IMG/VR virus record: IMGVR_UViG_3300037466_002408
Length of the DNA stretch: 36,293 nucleotides
Origin: an uncultured virus (IMG/VR IMGVR_UViG_3300037466_002408)
Lineage: Duplodnaviria; Heunggongvirae; Uroviricota; Caudoviricetes
Strand: one strand, 5' to 3'
Shown: positions 25,895 to 34,322 of the stretch, one piece after another
Position numbering within the stretch: the first letter of the stretch is position 1
Layout of the letters: each line of letters starts with the position of its first letter
Notes under the pieces: generated by a model
Databases searched by the model: none
What the model was told of the DNA's origin: nothing
Seen by the model: only the letters and a program-made list of their open reading frames with translations
Position numbers and translations under genes: made by a program

Positions 25895-27025
25895 ATGGCT
25901 CAGAGTGGCAAGTTTAAGATGGACATTCCCACACTTCAGACCATCATCAAGATGGACACCAAGGCGCTCTACACCTGGCTTCAGATCTTCCTTAAGGAAA
26001 ATGGTTATGAGGTCAAGGGGGATGCCGATAACTGGATTATCGGCAAGCCTACTCATAACCCCTCCCGCATCTGCCTGGTGTCGCACATTGACACCCTCCG
26101 CACCCCTGGTAAGGCCGTCCGTCTGCAAATGGTGCAAGAGTACATGGTCAACCTGAATGGTGTCCTCGGCGCTGATGATCGCGCCGGTGTTTTCGGAATC
26201 TGCCAGGTCATCCTGCACAGTGAGAAGAAGCCTTACGTCATCTTCACTAACTACGAAGAGAGCGGCGGTAAGGGTGTCAAGAAGCTTTGCAATGCCAACG
26301 CTTTCGGTGATTACGCTGACGACGTGGATCTCTTCATCGAGTTGGATCGCCAGGACAAGGATCAGTACGTCTACTATTCGCTGGATTGCCCCAAGTCGGT
26401 GCGTCAATTTGCCGAGAAGTACGGGTACAACGAGAACGTAGGCACCTACTCGGACGTTGCCGATCTCACCGACACCTATATGATCCCTCACCTGAATCTC
26501 TCGATCGGTTATTACAACCAGCACTCCAAGGCCGAGTTCTTGAATGTGTTGGAAATGTATAACACCATCTATTGCGTTGTTGATATGGTCAATGACCCTG
26601 AGATTCCCGCCGAGAAGATTGAATTCGATTACGGCTGGGTGTATGACAACTACATCAGCGTTTACGAGGCCAAAAAGAAGGGCGGTGGTTATCAGTCCTG
26701 GAACACGTTCAACAACGGCGTAAAAACCGCCACCAATAACACCACTGTTCCCGCCCAAAAGCAAGCTGATGGCTCGATTCTCATCAGCGGTAATTCCGTA
26801 GGGCAAGGCCAAGATTACAATCACGGTGGAGCCTCGGAAATCGAAGAAGAAATCTTCGACGACGACGAAACGAGTGAAGCGTTCATCCCCAATTATGTAG
26901 TGGTCGATGGCACCAAGATTTATCAGGCTGACTACGAATACTGGTTTGGTCCTGGTGCCTGGGAGGTGGACTATATGAGCGGTACCCTGATGGAGAATGC
27001 TGGTCAGACTCTTTCGCCGCTCTAA
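25895..27025 (+). CDS. M20/M28-family zinc metallopeptidase-like protein with acidic C-terminal extension
   Basis: SHIDT, GADDRAG, EE.GG, ELDR, YSD, GYYNQH...E. Confidence 0.88.
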   Translation: MAQSGKFKMDIPTLQTIIKMDTKALYTWLQIFLKENGYEVKGDADNWIIGKPTHNPSRICLVSHIDTLRTPGKAVRLQMVQEYMVNLNGVLGADDRAGVFGICQVILHSEKKPYVIFTNYEESGGKGVKKLCNANAFGDYADDVDLFIELDRQDKDQYVYYSLDCPKSVRQFAEKYGYNENVGTYSDVADLTDTYMIPHLNLSIGYYNQHSKAEFLNVLEMYNTIYCVVDMVNDPEIPAEKIEFDYGWVYDNYISVYEAKKKGGGYQSWNTFNNGVKTATNNTTVPAQKQADGSILISGNSVGQGQDYNHGGASEIEEEIFDDDETSEAFIPNYVVVDGTKIYQADYEYWFGPGAWEVDYMSGTLMENAGQTLSPL

Positions 27026-27044
27026 AAAAAGAATCCCAAAAAGC

Positions 27045-27073
27045 TTGACAACCTAAATTCAATTTGGTATTCT
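27045..27073 (+). promoter_or_regulatory. Sigma70 promoter
   Basis: TTGACA-17 nt-TATTCT with upstream A-tracts. Confidence 0.8.
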
Positions 27074-27125
27074 GGAATAGTTGAGACACACGCACCCCCT
27101 CCGAGGGGAGAAAGAGAGAGATTGA

Positions 27126-27290
27126 ATGAATACCAAGGGCGAGTTCATGTATATTTACCGGCATTGGACTGACGAGACTCTTCAAAAGATTGCCGAAGAC
27201 AAAGGTATCGGCAGTGGCGGCCGTTGCTATCCCGCCGAAATCGCCGCAGCAAAACAAATTCTCGCCAATCGCGAATCCGCTTCCAAGTAA
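27126..27290 (+). CDS. 54-aa hypothetical protein
   Basis: Read manually; follows promoter and purine-rich RBS. Confidence 0.65.
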   Translation: MNTKGEFMYIYRHWTDETLQKIAEDKGIGSGGRCYPAEIAAAKQILANRESASK

Positions 27291-27320
27291 CCCACAATAA
27301 AAGAAAGAGAGTGAATAACA

Positions 27321-28325
27321 ATGAGTCACGCAATCGAAACGATGGTCAGCGGTAACGGTCTGACCCCTTGGCACAAGCTCGGAAAGGTGGTGGCTGGCGC
27401 AATGACCGCCGATGAAGCCCTCAAGTTGGGTGGCCTGGATTGGTCGGTTCGCAAAGTTCCCCTGGTCACGGCTGGCGAAACGATTGGCGGTGAATTTGCC
27501 ATGTTTGACGTGCCTGATAACTACGCAATGGTTCGTTCCTCGGATAACAAGGTTCTCGGCGTGGTTGGTTCCCGGTACACTCCCTTTCAGAATCACGAAG
27601 CGTTTGAATTCTTCGATCAGATTGTCAGCCGCAAGGAAGCCATCTATGAAACCGCTGGCGCTTTGAATGGTGGCCGACAGGTTTGGATTTTGGCGAAACT
27701 CCCCGGTGAAATTCGTGTTCTCGGTGAAGATATTACTAACAAGTATGTCCTTCTTACCAATTCCCACGACGGCTCTGGTACTGTCCAAGCCAAGGTCACA
27801 GGGATCAGGGTGGTGTGTTGGAATACATTGTCGGCTGCACTAACGGGACGAGGCGCTTCTCACTCTATTCGCCACACTGAAAACGTTGTTGACGCTGTGC
27901 GTGAGGCCGCTGAAACCATGGGGTTTGTCAACAAGATGTACGAAAACCTCAACGAAGTTTTTCAACGAATGTCTGAAACTAAATTGTCCTCCAAAAAGTC
28001 TGACGAGTATATTCTTAGCGTTCTAAAGGCCGCCAAGCAAACTCAGAAAGCGACGTTGCTGGACGATGGCCGGGATAACGAAGAAGAGGACGAAAAGAAC
28101 CCCAGAGCTTTCGCTAAAATCAAAGAATTGGCCGAAACCGGACTCGGAACCGACATTAAGGGAGTTCGCGGAACACTATGGGGCACATATAATGCCATCA
28201 CTGAATATATTGATCATAAAAAATACCGTAGCGATGATTCCCGTTTGGATTCTGTATGGTTCAATGGAAGCGGGCAGCGCGTTAAATTGGCCGCTCAGCG
28301 CCAAGCAATTACGCTTCTTAAATAA
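27321..28325 (+). CDS. DUF932/DUF945-family phage/plasmid protein
   Basis: PWHKLG, GLDW.V, ETAGAL.GG, NSHDGS, RVVCWNT, GTLW..YNAITEY.DH. Confidence 0.9.
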   Translation: MSHAIETMVSGNGLTPWHKLGKVVAGAMTADEALKLGGLDWSVRKVPLVTAGETIGGEFAMFDVPDNYAMVRSSDNKVLGVVGSRYTPFQNHEAFEFFDQIVSRKEAIYETAGALNGGRQVWILAKLPGEIRVLGEDITNKYVLLTNSHDGSGTVQAKVTGIRVVCWNTLSAALTGRGASHSIRHTENVVDAVREAAETMGFVNKMYENLNEVFQRMSETKLSSKKSDEYILSVLKAAKQTQKATLLDDGRDNEEEDEKNPRAFAKIKELAETGLGTDIKGVRGTLWGTYNAITEYIDHKKYRSDDSRLDSVWFNGSGQRVKLAAQRQAITLLK

Positions 28326-28330
28326 TAAAA

Positions 28331-28351
28331 TCGGGGGCTTTATGCCCCCGA
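28331..28351. terminator. Hairpin between convergent genes, overlapping the HNH stop
   Basis: TCGGGGGC-TTTAT-GCCCCCGA. Confidence 0.75.
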
Positions 28352-28957
28352 AACCTTATAACCTTTTTTCTCTAAAAACATTTTAGCAATTGATTCAAAT
28401 ACATCTTCACCGAATTCATTCATTGCAATATTGATGTGGGTACAAACGAGTCGCGTGTTATCTTTAGTGTACCCTTTTGACGAGTCAATCTTATCAAGTG
28501 ATGGAGAATAAGGCTGGTAACGTCTAGATGAATCATCGTTGCTTTTAAATTCTAGTTTTACGCCAGTTAAAGCACAACACCCATCCTGCTTTTCGTATTC
28601 ATCTAGCAGCCAATCAAGAGTCAGATTGTATTCAAGATTGTTTTTTGTTGCTCTAGTTTTGGCGCTATACAGAAGGGTGTTAAATCGGCCAGGCAGAGAG
28701 TTACCATATCGCCTCTTGAACTCAAGGTATCTGTCTCGGTACTTTTGATAACGCTCTTTATTTAGGTGCTTGGTTGCTTTATATTTCTCGCGACCTTTTT
28801 CTTTGAAGTAGTTCGGGTGTGTCTCTCTGTACTTAAGGGACTGTCCTTTTTGACATTCTTTACAATAAGTTTGCAACCCATCTTTTTTGTGTTTATCTTT
28901 GCTAAAAAGGTCGCAAGCTTTTTCAACCTTACAACCTGGACATACTTTGGTTTTCAT
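28340..28957 (-). mobile_element. HNH-like (His-Me finger) homing endonuclease, inverted
   Basis: N-terminal CxxC..CxxC; CALTG...SLDKIDSSKGYTKDNTRLVC...N; AGGAG RBS. Confidence 0.8.
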
Positions 28958-29048
28958 ACATACTCCTGTAGTGTGTGTAAAAATACTCTCAACAAGAATA
29001 GTTTTAGTTTTTTATAGAGTCCCGGTCCAACGGGCAGAAAGGAAACAT

Positions 29049-29291
29049 ATGCACGACAATCAAAAGCTTTGGGTTTGTTGGTGTAAGAAGGATGATTACG
29101 ACAAGGTGTATGAAATTGTGCGCCCTGTCCCAAATCGCCGCTACGCAACCGACAAGATTGAGAGAGAGGCTGAAAATTATCAAGCCGACTACAACATCAA
29201 GCTTCAAAAGCGAACCGAGCTAAGGTACGATCATCCCACGGAAGATAAGATGCTGGTCTTCATGGCTGGTAAGGTAGAGGTCAATTGCTAA
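29049..29291 (+). CDS. Hypothetical protein
   Basis: AAGGA RBS before ATG 29049. Confidence 0.7.
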   Translation: MHDNQKLWVCWCKKDDYDKVYEIVRPVPNRRYATDKIEREAENYQADYNIKLQKRTELRYDHPTEDKMLVFMAGKVEVNC

Positions 29292-29393
29292 GGCTACAAT
29301 AGCCTAGAAGGCATTCGTAATAGGTCAGGAGGGGGATTACACCTGATGAATAAATCAGGCCCCTTCCTGAGCCGTATATAAAGGAATCGAGCA

Positions 29394-29540
29394 ATGCAAA
29401 AATATCTAGCCGTATGCACAGACGGCGGCAATGTATACAACACAGAGTTTGAAGCCCAGGATGACGCTGATGCCACGCTCTTAGCTGCCGCATTGCCGGA
29501 TAGAGTATTGAGTTTGTATAGAATCGAGCAGTTATTCTAA
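29394..29540 (+). CDS. 48-aa protein, paralog A
   Basis: MQKYLAVCT...EFEA...LYRIEQLF; AAGGA RBS. Confidence 0.7.
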   Translation: MQKYLAVCTDGGNVYNTEFEAQDDADATLLAAALPDRVLSLYRIEQLF

Positions 29541-29692
29541 TGACTAATATCCCTCGTCTGCTACAATCCGCCAAGATAAACCTAGAGTGGCTAGAGAAAC
29601 GCATCAGCGAAAACAACGACACCGAGGCATACAAAATTACTCAATTGATAATCCGCAATATGGAAACCATACAGAAAGGGCTTGATGTATAA
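29540..29692 (+). CDS. 50-aa helical protein
   Basis: TAATG coupling on both sides. Confidence 0.65.
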   Translation: MTNIPRLLQSAKINLEWLEKRISENNDTEAYKITQLIIRNMETIQKGLDV

Positions 29693-29859
29693 TGCCTAAG
29701 TACCTAGCAGTACATACACAATTTGATTGGCAGAGTTTTTCTACTCACAGATACACTGTCGAATTCTCGGCAGAAAATAATGAGGTCGCACTAACAAAAG
29801 CCAACAATATGATGGGCGACTTGCAAAATCTATATAAGATCGAAGCGGTTTTGTACTAA
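29692..29859 (+). CDS. 55-aa protein, paralog B
   Basis: MPKYLAVHT...EFSA...LYKIEAVLY. Confidence 0.7.
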   Translation: MPKYLAVHTQFDWQSFSTHRYTVEFSAENNEVALTKANNMMGDLQNLYKIEAVLY

Positions 29860-30370
29860 TACCCCCTAGGCCCTAAATTGTGCGCATGACCCGCACTATT
29901 GGATCGAAATTTGAGAAAAAAGATTGGAGCGATTGTGTTAAATATCAAAATGTACAACAGAAAGAATGTGCCAGAATTAGTAAATGAAATGACTGTTGAT
30001 ATGTCAATGGACGAAATCTATAATTTATTGGTTGCAACTTATAAAGCAGAGAATAGGCTTGAATGGTCACACAGAGGATTTAACAACTGTGCAATTGTCA
30101 CCGCAGGGCTTACGATTTCTCTCAACAAAATATTTAACTGACAAACCACAATCTTTTTAAGGCCAATGGGAATTTTCCTAACGGCCTTTTTCTTTTTTTA
30201 TTGGCGGCTTTCCAAAACCAACCGGCTTTCTTATACGGGAAAACTTTCGAACTCTTTTAAAATCCGCCCTGACACTACAACACGCACACTGCTTTACGAG
30301 AGAATTTTGTTGGGCCGGTTTTTTCTGCGCAATTCCCCATGCGGGGGTGCCAGTTCGGCCTACGTAGTTG

Positions 30371-30553
30371 TAAACAATTGTAACATGTTACAAAACTTCA
30401 TAAACAAATGTGAAGCTTCACAGAACTTTACAAAGAAATGTTAAGCGTTATAAAACTTCATTACAGATTATGAACCGTTACAAAACTTAATGATGAATTG
30501 TTAAGCGTTACTTTCCGTAATGAAGAAATGTAACGGGCAATAGAACTTTACAT
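30371..30553. repeat. Six degenerate 30-bp tandem repeats with 10-bp sub-period
   Basis: Units align without gaps; approximate consensus taaagaaatg-ttaagcgtta-caaaacttca. Confidence 0.85.
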
Positions 30554-30671
30554 TTACGTAGCTGCATCTACATAGGCGCATTCTGCCCCGGCCGAATTAC
30601 TTTGGTATGCAAAATATTCGCCGTGCTAAAGGTTTGTGCCAAGTGTAATTGGAGCGGTTACAGATACAGAC

Positions 30672-30700
30672 AAAAAAATGACCCCTCTTGCGAGGGGTCA
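30672..30700 (-). terminator. Intrinsic terminator
   Basis: TGACCCCTC-GCAA-GAGGGGTCA followed by T7 on minus strand. Confidence 0.92.
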
Positions 30701-30706
30701 ATCGTT

Positions 30707-30934
30707 CTACCCGTTGGGCACTAGGCGCATGGCCTGCTCCCATTCGTCCATGTCACCGCGCATGGTCCCGTCATCACGCCAGATCGCCGCCTGGTATCGG
30801 CCCGGTTCGATCTGGTAGATCCCGACGATCGATTGCTTGCGACCTGTGAACTCACAGGCCCTAGCGTCATCCAAAATACGGATGATCTCAATCGCCATGC
30901 CGTTGACCGTTTGCGTCATTCCAATTTTGAACAT
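30707..30934 (-). CDS. 75-aa hypothetical protein (monocistronic)
   Basis: GGAGGT RBS, own promoter and terminator. Confidence 0.8.
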   Translation of the reverse strand: MFKIGMTQTVNGMAIEIIRILDDARACEFTGRKQSIVGIYQIEPGRYQAAIWRDDGTMRGDMDEWEQAMRLVPNG

Positions 30935-30970
30935 TTGTTACCTCCAAATGTCGTTAGTGGATGGGCGAGC

Positions 30971-31038
30971 TATTCAGTTTTCAATGTGCGTTCCTTTGAG
31001 TACACAACTATTATCTCATGACACATAACATGTGTCAA
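30971..31038 (-). promoter_or_regulatory. Leftward promoter with overlapping palindrome and boxA-like element
   Basis: TTGACA-17 nt-GATAAT; palindrome TGACACAT-N3-ATGTGTCA; GCACATTGAAAACTGAATA downstream. Confidence 0.75.
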
Positions 31039-31596
31039 CCGATTTGATGTCATACGATGACATTTTTATTAGTCGATTTTTGTTACTTCATATGAGTGCA
31101 TGACACTCAATTACGAGCCGGTCATGCACTGACGTTAAAATCCCGGCGCATCAAAGAGTCATCATGCCTGTAGCTAAAAACGAACCGAACAGAAAAATAT
31201 CATTAATGCATGAGTGTCATCATGTCGGTTCATGCCGTGCGAATTACTCATGCATGCGAATTAACACACTAGTCGATTTTTACATATAAGCTGATTAACA
31301 CCACTCACTAAAAGTAAGCGCCCAAACGTCCTATTCATACCGATTTCGCCTAGAATGCCTGTTAATCAAGGGGGGTAGGGTGGTAGGACGTTGGATATCT
31401 ATCAGCTGTTATTTGCCCTCCTAGGGGCCTTAAACGCGATATTCCAAGATAACCGATTGGTTGATTTCTGGATTTTGCCTCTTAACAGGTTTGAACTACG
31501 TTCAAACGACATGCGACGCCCATACATGACACGCGCGCATGTACATGCGTACATGCGCCCTGCATTGCCTCGCCAACAAAAACCCTGATCTGGCAT

Positions 31597-31706
31597 TTGT
31601 AACGAATTGTTTAGATAATGTTGTTAGAGGCATTTTTTTTCGGAATCGTGGTATAACTAACTAGGGTTAAATTTTCGAGCCCCAAACGAACTTTCCCAAC
31701 TGAATA
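31597..31706 (+). promoter_or_regulatory. Rightward extended -10 promoter with boxA-like element
   Basis: TGGTATAAC at ~31649-31657; GAACTTTCCCAACTGAATA at 31688-31706; reverse tandem box at ~31597-31614. Confidence 0.6.
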
Positions 31707-31723
31707 ACACCGCTCAAAACACA

Positions 31724-32067
31724 CGGTTAGGGACTTTCCGATAAACAAGCCGTATCGCCTAGCAAATTGGGGGCAATCCTCCAAAAGCACTGATAGACGG
31801 ATAACCAATGTTTCCCTAGCTTGCGATTCAGTCGCTACGGTCATTTGAGGGCGCTTGAAACGATACCCCTCTGATGGATTGCCATCAGAGCATGGTCGAG
31901 TCCCTAAGGGATAGCAAGCTCAAAAGGCAGACAGAATCAAAGGTTAGAGGATAGGAATGAGGTCATTTGTCCGGCCGATTCTACTGTGTGCTTTGAGCAA
32001 ACGGATTAAAGCGTGTTACCTTGACGCTTTTGGGAAACTGAAAGCGTCAAATGTAGCACACTAGCCG
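31724..32067 (+). ncRNA. Candidate large structured RNA or leader, family unknown
   Basis: Multiple nested helices including 31727-35/31899-907, 31869-90, 31918-38/31977-98 and 32013-59 with GAAA loop. Confidence 0.7.
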
Positions 32068-32085
32068 ATTAGAGGAGACTAACAC

Positions 32086-32313
32086 ATGTTGCTTCCCTTG
32101 TTTGGTTCTAACCATCCGATTGCGCGCTCGATTAGCGCGATTCTGGCGATCCTGTTGATGACGCTTGCTATCTATCAAGTGTCTGTCATTCCGCCCGATG
32201 CGCCGATCTTCGCCTCCATCCCTAATATCCTGTTGGGCGGATCGTACCTGCTTATGTCGTTCCTGATTCCGTTTCCCTTTGCTTACCACGCTCTGAAAGG
32301 ACGGATTGTTTAA
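32086..32313 (+). CDS. Two-TM membrane protein
   Basis: GAGGAG RBS; hydrophobic helices. Confidence 0.75.
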   Translation: MLLPLFGSNHPIARSISAILAILLMTLAIYQVSVIPPDAPIFASIPNILLGGSYLLMSFLIPFPFAYHALKGRIV

Positions 32314-32442
32314 ATGCCGCGTCGCTACATTATCAGCGGGAACACTGCCCGCTAGAAACGAGGTTAATTCAATGATTCAAATCGTGCTTACCTGCATCGC
32401 CGTTACTGTCTCGTTTATCGCTCGCTGAAAGGCTGGAATCCC

Positions 32443-34071
32443 ATGAACTGGAAAGCTAATTACCCCGCTCTGATTTCTGAGGCCGCACACTTCGTCGATC
32501 TGATTTCGGCCCTTGAAAACACCAATGACAACAAGAGCGAAAAATTCAGCTCGCTTGATAACGTGGTGAACATTCCCGAAGAGTTTGACATCGACATGGA
32601 TCAGTTTCAACGTCTGTTCAATCGCGCCTGGGAAGCCAAAAAACTCATGGCGCATGCGCTTGGCTTGGGCGCTGATTATCGCCGGTTCATGACTGTGGAA
32701 GATCCCGACATGATCAAATCCGAGATGCTTTTTCAGAATGTGCGCGCAGCTTATTGCCGTGCTTTGAATTGGGATGCGGATTTGACGCCCGTTGACGTTG
32801 TGACTGGCACGATCAAGGACAAGCATGGTCGCGATGTTCGCTTGTCCCGTGTTTTGTCTCGCACCTTGCCCGATGGCATCCCGTGCGGCTGGCACTCTCC
32901 GACCTATGCCGATGGCTGCAACGATTGTCTTAAGAAGGACAAAGCGATTTCGGATTTGTTCGATCTGGCGAAAAATGCCAAGCGGACGATCATGATTTCC
33001 TGCAATCCATTCGATATCTGGACTCAGAGTTTTAATGCCGGTTTCCGTTCTTGCCATGCGCCCAATGGCATTCATGCGGCTGGCTCTTTGGCCTACTCGA
33101 TCGACGGTGTTTCGTTCGTTTGCGCCGTGGTGGACACGGATCGCCAGTTTGGTCACATCCCTTACAAGCATGGTCGCCGCATGGGCTTCCTGTCCGAATG
33201 CCGCATGCATCTGGTGATCGGCCGTAAATACGGCAATTTCCATGACACGCTCTGTAAGCCGATCACAGGCGCTCTCACTTCCTCGATCACTGTTACTATG
33301 GGCTTCGGCGCCAAGGAATGGATCGGCACTTCCAAGAATTTCCCTAATTTGAATGTTCGCGGTGAAGGCCCGGTTTACTTTGACTACGGGATCGGGCGCT
33401 ATTCTCGCATCAGCACTCGAAAGAAGGGCGATTTCACGATCAAGCTTGCAGCCGAGGTTCCCTGTCTTTCGTGCGGTAAGGACCATTCCACCGAAGACGC
33501 TTGGGTGTGTGAAGATTGCCATGATGATTCCGATTCTTGGCACTGTGCCGACTGTGGCGAACGCCGCACCGATGATCCTGATAATTACTCGAACGATAGC
33601 GGCGATCCCGTTTGCTATCACTGCGCGCGCAATTATCACAATTGTGAAGAATGCAACGAACGCATGCATGAAAACAATTCGTTCTATGTCACCAACATGG
33701 GTAATCTGTGCCGTTCCTGTTATGACGACTTGCCGACTTGTGACCGTTGCGGTGATCATCGGATGGAAGGTGACTTGCGCGATATGCCCGATGATCAGTC
33801 ATGGTGCAATTCGTGCGAACGTCGCTATTGGGTGGATTGTCATGATTGCGGCGAAGATGGGGCCGGGGATTCGCAACACATGAACCGGGTACGTGTTCCT
33901 GTCATTGGTCGCTATGGCTCTGTAACCGTTTACGTTTGCGATTGCTGTAACAACAAGCGGATCGAGGCGGAAAGGGAACGACAAGAGCGGATCGAAGCGG
34001 ATCGGATCTCTCAAGAAATCGCCGAAATCCACGCATCCATCATGCCAACCGAATTGGCCGTCTATCGATAG
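32443..34071 (+). CDS. 542-aa hypothetical protein with C-terminal tandem CxxC zinc-ribbon repeats
   Basis: About 10 CxxC pairs in the C-terminal third; SCH motif in the N-terminal domain. Confidence 0.85.
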   Translation: MNWKANYPALISEAAHFVDLISALENTNDNKSEKFSSLDNVVNIPEEFDIDMDQFQRLFNRAWEAKKLMAHALGLGADYRRFMTVEDPDMIKSEMLFQNVRAAYCRALNWDADLTPVDVVTGTIKDKHGRDVRLSRVLSRTLPDGIPCGWHSPTYADGCNDCLKKDKAISDLFDLAKNAKRTIMISCNPFDIWTQSFNAGFRSCHAPNGIHAAGSLAYSIDGVSFVCAVVDTDRQFGHIPYKHGRRMGFLSECRMHLVIGRKYGNFHDTLCKPITGALTSSITVTMGFGAKEWIGTSKNFPNLNVRGEGPVYFDYGIGRYSRISTRKKGDFTIKLAAEVPCLSCGKDHSTEDAWVCEDCHDDSDSWHCADCGERRTDDPDNYSNDSGDPVCYHCARNYHNCEECNERMHENNSFYVTNMGNLCRSCYDDLPTCDRCGDHRMEGDLRDMPDDQSWCNSCERRYWVDCHDCGEDGAGDSQHMNRVRVPVIGRYGSVTVYVCDCCNNKRIEAERERQERIEADRISQEIAEIHASIMPTELAVYR

Positions 34072-34322
34072 CTCATTCTAGGTACATAGGAAGCCCATAG
34101 AGGCCAGTTGATCAGTTGCCCTGTGTGATTGGTCAATTGGCCTCATTTGAAAGCGATGGAACTCTATATGCGATTGCTCAAATTGTCTGGTGTTTGCATC
34201 GAACGTCACAACAAAGGATTTGCCATGCTTGGCACTAACAACCATGGCCGATGGATTGGGCGTTTCTTTATCGTTGTTCGTCAGTGTCCCATTGTTCGTT
34301 TGTCAAAGGACTGGAGTTAGTC

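Noticed and set aside
25814..27788. 336-aa and 301-aa minus-strand ORFs
   Set aside because: Shadows of the peptidase and DUF932 genes, which have clear motifs and promoters.
29343..29370. Hammerhead ribozyme (CTGATGA)
   Set aside because: The motif is buried in a simple stem, with no following stem II plus GAAA or three-way junction.
30371..30553. CRISPR array
   Set aside because: Repeats are degenerate and contiguous with no unique spacers; no cas genes in the window.
31724..32067. Cobalamin riboswitch, suggested by the B12-dependent RNR
   Set aside because: No B12-box or conserved core recognisable, and it is far from nrdJ.
32377..33759. 460-aa minus-strand ORF
   Set aside because: Antisense shadow of the codon-biased + strand Cys-rich gene; no RBS or recognisable motifs.
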